A DNA stretch of 64,000 bases, taken from an uncultured archaeon. GTDB lineage: Archaea > Nanobdellota > Nanobdellia > Pacearchaeales > GW2011-AR1. The DNA is taken from the NCBI GenBank assembly GCA_902385625.1, contig CABMGE010000001.1, positions 18,765 through 82,764 of the forward strand, written 5' to 3'. Within the stretch, counting starts at the first letter, position 1; every line of letters starts with the position of its first letter. The notes below the pieces were generated by a model, which was not told where the DNA came from, did no database searches, and saw only the letters and a list, made by a program, of their open reading frames with translations. The position numbers were made by a program, and so were the translations under genes. This document shows positions 35,179-45,571 of the stretch, one piece after another.

Positions 35179-35823
35179 TTGTATATGAGAAAATTAAATA
35201 TTGCTTCGTTTATTGTAATATTATTATCTTTTTTAATTGGAATCCTTTCTTATGGTTATTTTCCAGATAAGATGGCTACACACTGGGATGCTTTAGGACA
35301 ATGTAATGGATATATGCCAAAATTCTGGGGAACTTTTTCAATACCTCTAATATCTCTGGGTTTGTTTTTATTATTTCTTTTAATTCCGATTATAGACCCT
35401 TTAAAAAAGAACATAGAAAAATTTAGAAAATATTATGACACTTTTATTTTAATTACTCTGCTCTTTTTATTTTATGTTTATATCTTAACAATATTCTGGA
35501 ATTTTGGGATTGTATTTAACATGAATGTAGCGTTTATTCCTGCTCTTGGATTTTTGTTTTTTTATATGGGTGTAATTTTACAAAAGATAAAACGGAATTG
35601 GTTTATTGGAATAAGAACTCCCTGGACCCTTTCGAGTGAAACAGTCTGGGATAAAACTCATAAGCTAGGAAGCATTTTATTTAAGGTCTCAGGGGTAATA
35701 ACCTTGATTGGAATTTTCTTTCCAAGATACGTTCTTTGGTTTGTGTTAGGTCCTGTAGTTATAAGTGGAATTTGGCTAATTATCTATTCCTATCTAATGC
35801 ATAGAAAAGAGGAAAAAGATTAA
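35179..35823 (+). CDS. SdpI/YfhL-family membrane protein (DUF1648 + SdpI domains)
   Basis: PDKMATHWDALGQCNGYMPKFWG and RNWFIGIRTPWTLSSETVWDKTHK. TTG at 35179 lies 8 nt after AGGAGG; the first ATG is at 35185. Confidence 0.7.
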   Translation: MYMRKLNIASFIVILLSFLIGILSYGYFPDKMATHWDALGQCNGYMPKFWGTFSIPLISLGLFLLFLLIPIIDPLKKNIEKFRKYYDTFILITLLFLFYVYILTIFWNFGIVFNMNVAFIPALGFLFFYMGVILQKIKRNWFIGIRTPWTLSSETVWDKTHKLGSILFKVSGVITLIGIFFPRYVLWFVLGPVVISGIWLIIYSYLMHRKEEKD

Positions 35824-36152
35824 ACAATAACTGCATCTATTTGTTTTTCAAGCCTAAAAATTCTTTCATAAGAAAAATTCATACTAACTCCATTAATAGG
35901 ACTAGACTCATAGTTTTCTCCCTGCCAATTAAATTCAATTCCTCTTTTTGCAGGTATATATGTAGTAGCTTCATTTTCGATAAAATGTTTTACTCCTGGA
36001 ATTGTTGCAACAACAATCTTTTCTTCAAGTATTCCTTTACAATCTTGAGTACTATGATCAAATTTATACATAGTAACCCTATATAAATCAAATTCATGTC
36101 CTATAATTGAATTATCTCTAAAAACTATTTTTGGGCTATCTTCTTTTTCCAT
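35820..36152 (-). CDS. hypothetical protein
   Basis: 110-aa ORF, last gene of a three-gene minus-strand block. Confidence 0.45.
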   Translation of the reverse strand: MEKEDSPKIVFRDNSIIGHEFDLYRVTMYKFDHSTQDCKGILEEKIVVATIPGVKHFIENEATTYIPAKRGIEFNWQGENYESSPINGVSMNFSYERIFRLEKQIDAVIV

Positions 36153-36186
36153 ATTATTTTTTTACAAGTTTCCAAGTTTTTATATT

Positions 36187-36501
36187 TTATTCTGCAAGCA
36201 TAAACTCATAAACTGCTTTTGCTAAACGATGTGTTTTTCTTATTGGCTGAGGTTTTTCTTCATTAAGTTTCTGATTTAACCATTCAGGACAGCTTCTGCA
36301 ATAAGGATATTCGCAATGATTTGCAGCAAAAGCGAGTCCTTGAACAAGAATTGGTCTATTCAAAAGAGCAACACATTCTTCCATATATGCACAATCTGTT
36401 CCCCATCTACGAAATCCTCTTATTTGATTTATGTCTGCTTCGACTATTCTTGATCTTTCTTTTTCACTAATATCTCTGCCAATATATTTTGAATATGTCA
36501 T
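36187..36501 (-). CDS. hypothetical Cys-containing protein
   Basis: 104 aa; ATG 2 nt after the upstream stop. Confidence 0.45.
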   Translation of the reverse strand: MTYSKYIGRDISEKERSRIVEADINQIRGFRRWGTDCAYMEECVALLNRPILVQGLAFAANHCEYPYCRSCPEWLNQKLNEEKPQPIRKTHRLAKAVYEFMLAE

Positions 36502-36503
36502 TT

Positions 36504-37742
36504 TTAATTTTGTGCTCTTGAAAGCATATCATCAACAAATTTACCTGTTGCCATTTTCATTATTCCTTTTGGAACAATAAGGCAAGGTGGACGATCATAT
36601 CCCCTTCTTTCAAGTAAATCATAAATTTTGTTTCTCCAGATGCTTTTTTCACCATATCCATCTAAATTTGGAATTTCAGTAGATTCATGATTTTGAGAAA
36701 CTCCAACTTTTAATCCTTCCATCATCATTATTTCTTCTGCTTCTCCAAGTAAAAAATGTCCCCCATCCATTAGAATTGCATCAATTTGTCCTGTTCCACA
36801 AACTTCAAGACAATCACAAATATTAAACGTAGAAAAAATATTAGTTCCTTCATACCCTCCTATTTCTGAAAGTTCTTTTGCAACCTTTTCACCAAGTAAA
36901 TCAATAGTTCCAAATCTATCTTGAAATGGATCTCCAAAATCTTCTACAACAAGAACATTATATTTTTTTGAAGAATTATTCCCTGGAACTGTAAATGGAC
37001 GTAAAAAATCAATTTTTTCAATTAAAGGAACTGATCTATCAAGATATAGTTTTCTTCTAAATGCAAATCTTTTTATTTCATCTGCTTCAAGTTCTGAATG
37101 TTTGAGCATATTTTGCCCGTATTGTTCTGAAACTTTTTCAAGTTCTTCATTTAAGATAAAATCAAGAGTTTCTGTATCCCCTCGGTACATAGCCTCTCTT
37201 ATATTTTCACTTTTACAAAGTATTGGTGGAAGATTAATTCCTCTTTCCTTTAAAGAACACATTATTGCAAGGTAAACTGATCTAAAATAGCTATCATCTC
37301 CTTTTAATGATTCAAGAGTATAAGATTCATAATCCATAAAAGCAGGAGATTCTACATCCATTCCTTTAATTTCTTTAAGTAAAAATGCAGTTCTTATTCT
37401 ATGAATTGATTTTGAATCTTCGACTAATGCTTCTTCTGAATATGATTCCGAAGAACTATAGCTATTTCTGCTTATAACTTTACCATCTCCATTTACAAGT
37501 TTATTTCCTGCATTATCAACGCCCCAAAAAGTGTCTCCCATATAAGATTCTTTTTTTAAAATTTGCCATAAATTTACTTTATATTCATCACCAAAATTAA
37601 GATGACAATCAAATCTAATCTCCGGAGTAATTACTCCATTAAATCCTTCTAATCTTTGAAACAAAGTAATAGGTTTTCCAATTACTGCAGAGAGAACTTG
37701 CAGGTTTGCATTTAATTTTTCTTCAAGTGTTTGTTCTTCCAT
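36504..37742 (-). CDS. hypothetical protein with possible receiver-like C-terminal region
   Basis: 412 aa. VLVVEDFGD ... IDAILMDG is reminiscent of the CheY beta1/beta3 strands; otherwise unrecognised. Confidence 0.5.
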   Translation of the reverse strand: MEEQTLEEKLNANLQVLSAVIGKPITLFQRLEGFNGVITPEIRFDCHLNFGDEYKVNLWQILKKESYMGDTFWGVDNAGNKLVNGDGKVISRNSYSSSESYSEEALVEDSKSIHRIRTAFLLKEIKGMDVESPAFMDYESYTLESLKGDDSYFRSVYLAIMCSLKERGINLPPILCKSENIREAMYRGDTETLDFILNEELEKVSEQYGQNMLKHSELEADEIKRFAFRRKLYLDRSVPLIEKIDFLRPFTVPGNNSSKKYNVLVVEDFGDPFQDRFGTIDLLGEKVAKELSEIGGYEGTNIFSTFNICDCLEVCGTGQIDAILMDGGHFLLGEAEEIMMMEGLKVGVSQNHESTEIPNLDGYGEKSIWRNKIYDLLERRGYDRPPCLIVPKGIMKMATGKFVDDMLSRAQN

Positions 37743-37833
37743 TTATATTAATATTCTGAAATTTCAATAAATAGTTTGATATAGGGAGGGTATATAAATG
37801 TTTTTATATTTGTAACTAGTAAGTAGTTATAAA

Positions 37834-38484
37834 TTAGTGAAATATTCTTTCAATTAAATTATAATTTATTTCAGAAAAATTATTTATAACTAAATCAGCA
37901 TTGCAAACATCCTCAAATTCATTATGTCCGTTAACATATCCAATTGATTTCATTCTACCTCTTCTCGCAGCTTCTATTCCACTGGCAGCATCTTCAATTA
38001 CAACGCATTTTTCAGGTTCAAATTTTAATTTTTCTGCTGCTTTTAAAAAAACATCTGGACTCGGTTTATGCAACTCCACATCATTTGCAGAAATGACAAC
38101 TGGAAAATATTTTGTGAGATCCAAATAATCGAGAATAATGTCTGCCCTGAATTTTTGAGAAGAAGTGCCTACTGCAAGCTGAACCTCTTTAGAATTCAAA
38201 TCATCAAGAAGTTTTACAAGTCCGCGATCAGGTTTCATTGATTTTAAAAATTTAAGTTCAAGATCCCATATTTCCTCCCTAAATGATTCTAATTCCAGAT
38301 TAAGGCCATATGTCAAGTTCCAGTCCACTATAACATCCTTAAAAGACCTTCCAACATATTTTTTTATATCTTCTTCAGATAAATGAACTCCTTGTCTTCC
38401 AAGAATTTTATTCGCCGAATCCCAAATCATTTCATAAGAGTCTACTAAAACTCCATCCATATCAAATATGACTGAATATTCCAT
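37834..38484 (-). CDS. HAD-superfamily hydrolase (beta-phosphoglucomutase-like)
   Basis: VIFDMDGVLVDS, VGTSS, IEDAASGIEAA. Confidence 0.8.
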   Translation of the reverse strand: MEYSVIFDMDGVLVDSYEMIWDSANKILGRQGVHLSEEDIKKYVGRSFKDVIVDWNLTYGLNLELESFREEIWDLELKFLKSMKPDRGLVKLLDDLNSKEVQLAVGTSSQKFRADIILDYLDLTKYFPVVISANDVELHKPSPDVFLKAAEKLKFEPEKCVVIEDAASGIEAARRGRMKSIGYVNGHNEFEDVCNADLVINNFSEINYNLIERIFH

Positions 38485-38543
38485 TATTTTTAATTAAAAA
38501 ATACTTATTTAAATTATTATGCAATGAAAAATAATATTATAAT

Positions 38544-38957
38544 TCACCACATATGTTCCAAATGAAATTCTTTTAATTCAGGCACTGATTTTTCATTTAA
38601 TTCCAAGGGCGAGCCTGTAATAATCCCTCGAGGATCATAGACAATTGTTGCCCTTGAAAAATCAATATTAACCCTATTAATATATCTTGCAGGAACATGC
38701 CACATTCTTCTTACAAATTCAGTTTCAGGCAAACCTGAAACTCTAATAATAATATCTCTTGGCATATCGTATGCACTATTAACTCCTTCTTTCCAACCTC
38801 CCACATCAACGGTTTTTTTAATATATAGAAATCTAAATCCTCCTTCTTTTTCTAAGCCAAGTTCAACCCATTCTCTTTCACTAAAAACAAATCCATTTTC
38901 TTTATAATTTCTATATTCAGGTAAACCAATGCCTCTATAAAAATTTAAATTATCCAT
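38544..38957 (-). CDS. hypothetical protein
   Basis: 137-aa ORF, no motif recognised. Confidence 0.45.
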   Translation of the reverse strand: MDNLNFYRGIGLPEYRNYKENGFVFSEREWVELGLEKEGGFRFLYIKKTVDVGGWKEGVNSAYDMPRDIIIRVSGLPETEFVRRMWHVPARYINRVNIDFSRATIVYDPRGIITGSPLELNEKSVPELKEFHLEHMW

Positions 38958-38997
38958 TTAGAGATATTAAAACAAACAGTTTAAAAATATTTGGACC

Positions 38998-41196
38998 TTA
39001 TTCGTTTTCAGCAAGTCCTTTTCTAGTTCTTATCTTTCTGATAATTTCTGGCTGTATTGAAGCAGGAACTTTTTCAAAAGTCTGGTCAACCATTGAGAAT
39101 GTTCCACGTCCTTCTGTTGCTGATCTAAGTTGCGATGCAATTCCAATCATTTCTGCAACAGGAAGTTTAACTTTAACTATAACATGACCTGCTCCTTGTT
39201 CAATATCAAGTATTTGTCCCCTTTTACTTTGAGCAAGTTTTGTAAGTTCTCCCATAAATTCAATCGGACCTTCAATAAGTAGAGTTTGAACAGGTTCAAA
39301 TAAACAAGCCCCAGCTGTTCCAATTGTCATTCTAAGTGAATCTCTTACAGCAGGGTAAACCTGTGCAGGACCTCTGTGAATTGCATCCTCATGAAGTTTA
39401 ACATCAGTTAAATTAATTTTAAGTTTTGTACAAGGTTCTCTTGCAAGTGTTCCAGCATCAATTACTTGTTCAATACCATCCATTACCAGTTCAATTACTT
39501 CTCCAAGATTAACTTCTCCTTTAATTTTGCTAACAATTGCACATTCTTTGTAAATCTCAATATACTGTCTTGCTTCTTCATTTGGAATTCCAAGTTCATT
39601 TAGTTTTTTCCAAACTTCTTCTTCTCTTTTTTTAAATCTTCTTTCAGGAAGTTCTCCTGCTTTTATTGCCTTGTAAACATCATCTTCAAGAGGTTCAACT
39701 TGCATAAAGAATAAATTGTGTTTGTTTGGAGATTTTCCTTCTCCTTCATTTCCTTTTTTAGAAACTGTTTCTCTGTAAACAACAATAGGTTCAGAAGTTT
39801 TAACTTCAACACCTTTTTCAGTTTTAATTCTATTTTCAATAATTTCTAAATGGAGTTCTCCCATTCCAGACATTAAGTTTTCTCCTGTTTCCTCGTTAAT
39901 TTCAATTTTTAAAGTTGGATCTTCTTTTGCTACTTTTTTCAAAACTTCAATTAATTTTGGAAGATCTTGAGGTTTTGGAACAGTAATTGACTTTGTAATA
40001 ACTGGATCAAAAATATGCTTTATGTTTTCAAATGGTTCTTGAGGATTAACTGTGATAGTTTCTCCAGGTTGTGAAACAAGCCCTGTAATCGCCAAAACAT
40101 TTCCAGCAGGAACTTCACTCATTTGTTCGGGTTTTATTCCATTATAAACTAAAACCTGTTGAATTTTCTGTTTCTTTTTATCATTATTCAAATAAACTTC
40201 CATTCCTTCTTTAAGTGTTCCTGAGAATAATCTTCCTGCATTAATTTCTTTTCCTGATCTTGATTCAATAATTGTATTTGTAATTACGAATGCAACTTCT
40301 GCATTTCTATCGCAGCTCATAAGTCCTTTTCCAAATTCACTTTGAAGGTCTCCAGATGACCAGATTTTAGGAATTCTGTATTTTTGAGCATCAACTGGTG
40401 ATGGTAAGTGTTTAACTACTGCATCAAGTAAAACTTCGAATAGCGGAGCTTTTTCCCAAACCCATTTTTTTCTTTCTTCTTCAGTCATAGTTCCATCATA
40501 TAATGAAATTACATCCTTGAAGCTAACTCCTTTCTTTTTCATATAAGCAACTGAAAGTGCCCAGTTGTCTCTTGCACTTCCAAAAATAACACTTCCGTCC
40601 ATAACATTAACTTTCCATTTTTGTCTAAATTCTGGTTCTGCAATTTGTTCGATTAGTAAATTAAAATGATCAATTATTTTCATAAATCTTTCCTGCATTC
40701 CCTCAGGAGTTAGTTTTAATTCTTTTATCATTCTGTCAACTTTATTAATAAAAAGAATTGGTTTTACTCTTTCACGAAGAGCTTGTTTCATAACAGTTTC
40801 AGTTTGAGGCATTATTCCTTCTGAAGCACAAACAAGAACTATTGTTCCGTCAATTGCTCTCATTGCTCTTGTAACATTTCCAGAGAAATCAACGTGTCCA
40901 GGAGTATCAATAAGATTTACAAGATATTCTTTTCCTTCTAGTTCGTGAGCCATTGATACATTCGCAGCGTCAACAGTTAAAAGTCTCTCTTGTTCATCAG
41001 AGTGCTGCCATGTCTGCATTCCACCGTCAAGATCTCCAGCAAGTTTTTCGCTCATCATACCTGCAGCAGCAAGTAAATTGTCTGTAAGCGCTGTTTTCCC
41101 ATGGTGAATATGTGCAGAAGTAGCGATGTTTCTAATTGTATCTTGTGTTGAAACAAGTCTTTTAATTTTCTCAAACGGTGTTTCTTTTTTTGCCAT
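38998..41196 (-). CDS. fusA: translation elongation factor aEF-2
   Basis: IRNIATSAHIHHGKTALTD, DTPGHVDF, NKVDR; 732 aa. Confidence 0.95.
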   Translation of the reverse strand: MAKKETPFEKIKRLVSTQDTIRNIATSAHIHHGKTALTDNLLAAAGMMSEKLAGDLDGGMQTWQHSDEQERLLTVDAANVSMAHELEGKEYLVNLIDTPGHVDFSGNVTRAMRAIDGTIVLVCASEGIMPQTETVMKQALRERVKPILFINKVDRMIKELKLTPEGMQERFMKIIDHFNLLIEQIAEPEFRQKWKVNVMDGSVIFGSARDNWALSVAYMKKKGVSFKDVISLYDGTMTEEERKKWVWEKAPLFEVLLDAVVKHLPSPVDAQKYRIPKIWSSGDLQSEFGKGLMSCDRNAEVAFVITNTIIESRSGKEINAGRLFSGTLKEGMEVYLNNDKKKQKIQQVLVYNGIKPEQMSEVPAGNVLAITGLVSQPGETITVNPQEPFENIKHIFDPVITKSITVPKPQDLPKLIEVLKKVAKEDPTLKIEINEETGENLMSGMGELHLEIIENRIKTEKGVEVKTSEPIVVYRETVSKKGNEGEGKSPNKHNLFFMQVEPLEDDVYKAIKAGELPERRFKKREEEVWKKLNELGIPNEEARQYIEIYKECAIVSKIKGEVNLGEVIELVMDGIEQVIDAGTLAREPCTKLKINLTDVKLHEDAIHRGPAQVYPAVRDSLRMTIGTAGACLFEPVQTLLIEGPIEFMGELTKLAQSKRGQILDIEQGAGHVIVKVKLPVAEMIGIASQLRSATEGRGTFSMVDQTFEKVPASIQPEIIRKIRTRKGLAENE

Positions 41197-41382
41197 TTTA
41201 TTTTTTATATTTCTTTCTTAATGCGAGTATTATAGAAGTTGCAAAAACAACTTAATAATTTAAGATAAATAATGATATAAAACACGCTTTAAAAACCTTA
41301 CTAAAACTTTGCGAGGATTAGTTGACTAATTTAGGAGTTTAGCACCGAATACATTTATATATCCTAAAATATATATTTAACT

Positions 41383-41565
41383 ATGGCAAAAAAAGAGACA
41401 AGAAATGAAAAGAAAAAAAGCCCAGGTGGACTATTTGTTCCAGCAGGAGTTCTAATTGGTCTAGGTTTAGGATTCTTAATGAACAATGTTACAGCCTATT
41501 TGTTTTTAGGACTTGGAGCAGGATTTTTGGTCTGGGCAATTTACGAAATAGCAAGGAAAAAATAA
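41383..41565 (+). CDS. small membrane protein
   Basis: 60 aa, basic N-terminus plus two hydrophobic segments. Confidence 0.4.
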   Translation: MAKKETRNEKKKSPGGLFVPAGVLIGLGLGFLMNNVTAYLFLGLGAGFLVWAIYEIARKK

Positions 41566-41592
41566 ATTTATTTTTTATTTATTTCTTTATCT

Positions 41593-41844
41593 TCATCTAT
41601 AAATAACCGTCTGCAATAATAGGATATACCAAAGCGTAGCAGAAGCAAGTGTTGCAACTGTTGAAAAATATAAATTAAGAGTAAGAAATGTTACAGCAAG
41701 TACATAAAGGCCTAAAAATGTAATCATCGGAGTTTGGATTGTCATGAGTTTCTTTTTGATTTTAAATCCATGATATATTTGTGGAATTAATGCAAATATG
41801 AAAAGCGCATTTACAATCGGAATTACTAAATCTTGCCATACCAT
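41593..41844 (-). CDS. PQ-loop-like 3-TM membrane protein
   Basis: 83 aa, ALIPQIYHGFKIKK in TM1. Confidence 0.45.
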   Translation of the reverse strand: MVWQDLVIPIVNALFIFALIPQIYHGFKIKKKLMTIQTPMITFLGLYVLAVTFLTLNLYFSTVATLASATLWYILLLQTVIYR

Positions 41845-41967
41845 TACAAAGATTAGAACTTAAAATACTTTAATTTCTGTGGTGGCGAGAGACACCTCTG
41901 TTATTTATATATTACATAGTCTAAATTCTTATATAGGATTCTAAACTATTAGGTAGGTTATAAAAAA

Positions 41968-43422
41968 ATGGTAAAAAAAAGAATTCCTCAGGGAACTTTT
42001 GATAATGATTTTTTAAAAGGCACAGTTAGAAATTACCCTTCTTTAGAATGTTTAACTCAGCATCAAAGAGAAGAATTAGATAAAAGAATAACACACCTTA
42101 TAGACTTTGAGAGTACTGCCAAGGTTCCATTTCAGGTAGTTGATTATATTTCAAAGTGGATATCCTCAAAACCTGAGTTTGAAGAAAGACATATTTCAGA
42201 TGATCCTGAAAAAGACAGGAAAAGAAAATATTTTTTTAAAGACCCCTGGGGAGGAGGAAGTATGGCAATTGTTCGAGAAGGAAATGAAAATTCAAATAGT
42301 TCAATATCAAAGGGTTTTAACTTAATAATTTGTCATTCTGATTCACCATGTCTCAGACTAAAACCCAGACCAATAAAACTTGAATGGGATCCTGAGCAAA
42401 GGTACAATTTTTTAGGAGTAAGGCTATCTGCAATTGCCCAAGGAGGTCTTTCAGTTCATCAATGGTTAGGACAGCCAGTAAAAATCATAGGTTATAAAGA
42501 ATCCAGGGATGGAGGAAGAAGACTAATTGAAATACCGGGTTTTGTTCCAGATACTTCAGCCCATATTGATTATCGAGGAGAGCAAGAAGTAAATGAGGCA
42601 TTTCCTCCTGAAAAGTCTTTGGAAATAATAACAGGCCATACAGGCCAGGAAGAAACTTTAAAAAAATTCGGATTCAAATCTCCTGATGATTTTGCACAAT
42701 CCAAGTTTTTTGCTGTTCCAATAAATAATCCAACTCCAATTGATGAATATAGCTGGAGGCTGCTTGCAGGATATGGTCATGATGACCGGTCTTGTATTTA
42801 TTCAGCTGTTGATGCAATTGTAAAAACAAGAGATCCAAAAAGAACTTCAATTTTATTAATTACTGATAGAGAAGAACTAGGGGATGATGCTCCATCAGGA
42901 GCGCAAGGTCCTTTTTTTGACAGGGTTTTAGACTATATCCTCGAAAAAGAAGAACACGATAAAGATACAGAATTTTCAGAAAAAGACAGAAGAAGAATAT
43001 TATACGAGTCGTGTATGTTAATCGGAGATGTCAGTATTGCTCCCTCAGGTCATGATTACGAGCAAATGGATGTTTCTAATTCTCCTAAACTCGGATTTGG
43101 AGTATACATTGCAGCCGATGATTCCTCTTCTTCAAATACTGGATTTATCTCAAAATTAAAATATCTTGCACAAAGAGGTTCATCCAGAGGATATAATCTG
43201 TATCATCAGATATCTGGAACGTTTTATAATCAAGACAAAGAAGAAGTCTGGTTCAGGTCTCCAGAAGGTAAAGATAGCTTATATAATCGAATTGGTCAAT
43301 GGACTTGGGTAGGAATTCCTTGTGCATCTGCACATAGTCCAAGTGAAATTATTTGTCCGGCAGATGAACTCTGGACATCAAAACTCTACAGAAGATTTTT
43401 AGAATCAGATCTAAGCATGTAA
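41968..43422 (+). CDS. M18-family (aspartyl) aminopeptidase-like protein
   Basis: ICHSDSPCLRLKP, GYGHDDRSC, ITDREELGDDAPSGAQG. Confidence 0.65.
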   Translation: MVKKRIPQGTFDNDFLKGTVRNYPSLECLTQHQREELDKRITHLIDFESTAKVPFQVVDYISKWISSKPEFEERHISDDPEKDRKRKYFFKDPWGGGSMAIVREGNENSNSSISKGFNLIICHSDSPCLRLKPRPIKLEWDPEQRYNFLGVRLSAIAQGGLSVHQWLGQPVKIIGYKESRDGGRRLIEIPGFVPDTSAHIDYRGEQEVNEAFPPEKSLEIITGHTGQEETLKKFGFKSPDDFAQSKFFAVPINNPTPIDEYSWRLLAGYGHDDRSCIYSAVDAIVKTRDPKRTSILLITDREELGDDAPSGAQGPFFDRVLDYILEKEEHDKDTEFSEKDRRRILYESCMLIGDVSIAPSGHDYEQMDVSNSPKLGFGVYIAADDSSSSNTGFISKLKYLAQRGSSRGYNLYHQISGTFYNQDKEEVWFRSPEGKDSLYNRIGQWTWVGIPCASAHSPSEIICPADELWTSKLYRRFLESDLSM

Positions 43423-43509
43423 TTAGAGATAAAAAAATGAAATGTGAAATAATTAAAATTGCAAAATGTCCAAGGACAACTAATAAACAGAGCGAATTAA
43501 TAATCTAAA

Positions 43510-44277
43510 ATGGGATGGGTACAAGAAATAGCAGATGTTTTGGGAAGATTATCTTTTTTTGATATTATCTATGAGTATCAACAAGGACTTTACTTTAGAA
43601 ATGGTACTGCAATCGAAAAAAGAATTAAATGGGGTGGAGAAGAACTTGAGGAAATTGTTGCAGAAGAAAAAAAAGTAATTGAAGATAATGGGGGCAAATT
43701 AAAATTAATAAAAGATTATTATTCTGGAGTAGATAATATGAAGCTTCCAAAGGGTTGGAAAAAGCATAGAATAACTGGACTTCCAAGACATGAAAAAAGA
43801 TATGAAAAGGACAAAATACTTAGGCCTGGATTATATTTTAATATTCCTCTTTATGATGCAATTGTTATTCATAATAAAAAACAAAAGGTTCTAAATCTGG
43901 GAAATATAAGTATTCTAACCACGGATAGTGAGCCAAAGAGATTAACTGTAAGTTGTAATATAAGATATGAACTAATGGACTTGTATAGAGCTTTTACCGA
44001 AGTAGATAACTATGAAAAATCACTTGTTGATTATGGTCTTTCAATACTTGCAATGCATTCTAGAGGTAGGAGATATAAGGAATGGGCAGATACAAATATT
44101 GTAAAAGAAGTTGAAGAACTAGTAAGGGATGATCTGAGGAATATTGCAACAAGGGACTGGGGTCTAAAAATACACCAGGTTTATGTAACTGATAATGTAG
44201 AATCAGACTTTAATCGCGTTGCTCATGAAGGAAATATTATTTCCGATGAAGGGCTTGTAATAAAACTTGCAAAATAA
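43510..44277 (+). CDS. SPFH/Band-7 domain protein
   Basis: YEYQQGLYFRNG ... RPGLYFNIPLYDAIVIHNKKQKVL ... ISILTTDSEPKRLTVSCNIRYEL. Confidence 0.55.
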   Translation: MGWVQEIADVLGRLSFFDIIYEYQQGLYFRNGTAIEKRIKWGGEELEEIVAEEKKVIEDNGGKLKLIKDYYSGVDNMKLPKGWKKHRITGLPRHEKRYEKDKILRPGLYFNIPLYDAIVIHNKKQKVLNLGNISILTTDSEPKRLTVSCNIRYELMDLYRAFTEVDNYEKSLVDYGLSILAMHSRGRRYKEWADTNIVKEVEELVRDDLRNIATRDWGLKIHQVYVTDNVESDFNRVAHEGNIISDEGLVIKLAK

Positions 44278-44305
44278 ATAAAAATATTTATTGTTTTAAT
44301 ATATC

Positions 44306-45469
44306 ATGTCAAAAAAAGAGTACTGGTCAGCATCTAGAATTGACGTAGCAAATTATTGCAGAATGAGATATTATCTAAAATATATTGAACATGAGAAGTC
44401 TGCAAGGCTTTCAGCATATGCAAAGGGTTCTTTACTTCACGAAGGAATTGAGCATTTTTGGGACAGGCTAGGAACAGAAGAGGAAGTTGCAAAAAAGAAA
44501 AATGGAAAAAAATATTATGACGGAGAAAGTTTTTCAAAATATCTTCAGGGAAAATGGTTAAGAACAGTAATAGGTTCAGAGCACACAAAAAATCCAGATC
44601 AAAAGATTGCCTGGAGATTTGAAGGAGAACAATGGGTAATTAAAAATTCGATTCCTGGTATATGCATGCCTCTTTTTGAATATATAAAAGAAGAAGGTCC
44701 TCCATTATTTAGCGAATTAGAATTTGATTTTTCACTTGATTCAATGAGATTTAAAGGTTACATCGATGAGGTGAGAATAAGAGATGGAAAAGTTGTAATA
44801 AGGGACTTTAAATCAGGTTCTCCATTTCTCGGAAATATGAAAGTGGATAATGATCCTCAGCTAACATTCTACAATGCAGGCCTTTGTGCAAAATGTTTTG
44901 TAGATCCAAATTTTTCCAAGACATTGGGTCTTGAAAAAGTAAGCAGTCAGTTTGTAGGAAATCCTTATTTTATATACCCTGAGATTGAAGAGGAATTTTT
45001 TATGATAGAAGCCCTTCCAAAAATTAGGCAAGCTGAATCAGAATCAAAAAAAGAAGCCCCAAAAAAATCAGATTTTGCAAACGAAGAAGATTATAAAGAA
45101 GCAATTAAAAGAAGAGACAGAATACTTGGAAATATTCCTTCAGTTATCCTAAAGACAAAGCGGAGAGATGAGCACTTCTACGAATTAATAAAAATGATTA
45201 AAGGAGCAAAAGAAGCAGTAAAGGTAGGAGATATTTATCCTGAAAGAGGAAGAAAATGCGATATTTGCGATATGAAATATGCATGTGAAAAAAAGCTCGA
45301 TCAGGTAACAAAGCCAGTTATGCATGATAAGAAAGGCCACATGCTCTTTGATTTTATGAAAGCTCCTTATGCAGGACCGGTTGAAGTAAATCCTCTGTCT
45401 GAAAATAGTATCAAACAAAGACAGAAGCAATTTGATTACAGAAGAAAAGAAGCCTGGAGAGGAAGATAA
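44306..45469 (+). CDS. Cas4/AddB-type PD-(D/E)XK nuclease with four-Cys cluster
   Basis: N-terminal Cys (ANYCRMRYYLKY), GYIDEV...IRDFKSG, QLTFYN, C-terminal CDICDMKYAC (C-x2-C-x5-C). Confidence 0.7.
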   Translation: MSKKEYWSASRIDVANYCRMRYYLKYIEHEKSARLSAYAKGSLLHEGIEHFWDRLGTEEEVAKKKNGKKYYDGESFSKYLQGKWLRTVIGSEHTKNPDQKIAWRFEGEQWVIKNSIPGICMPLFEYIKEEGPPLFSELEFDFSLDSMRFKGYIDEVRIRDGKVVIRDFKSGSPFLGNMKVDNDPQLTFYNAGLCAKCFVDPNFSKTLGLEKVSSQFVGNPYFIYPEIEEEFFMIEALPKIRQAESESKKEAPKKSDFANEEDYKEAIKRRDRILGNIPSVILKTKRRDEHFYELIKMIKGAKEAVKVGDIYPERGRKCDICDMKYACEKKLDQVTKPVMHDKKGHMLFDFMKAPYAGPVEVNPLSENSIKQRQKQFDYRRKEAWRGR

Positions 45470-45471
45470 TT

Positions 45472-45525
45472 ATTTTATCTTAAGTAAACGTGTGAAGCAC
45501 ATGGTTCATGTCCTACAGGGCATTA
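45472..45525 (+). repeat. multi-hairpin repeat, copy E (5'-shortened)
   Basis: gtgtgaagcaca, HP3 atgtc-ctacag-ggcat (one G-U), TTACCCAGG; about 85 percent identical to the 3' half of copy D. Confidence 0.6.
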
Positions 45526-45571
45526 CCCAGGATACTTATTTTATCTAAAGTGAATTCATATAAAATAATAT

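Noticed and set aside
41870-41905. GC-richer patch (gtggtggcgagagacacctctg) as a small ncRNA
   Set aside because: It is too short, and I found no convincing helix, repeat or known motif.
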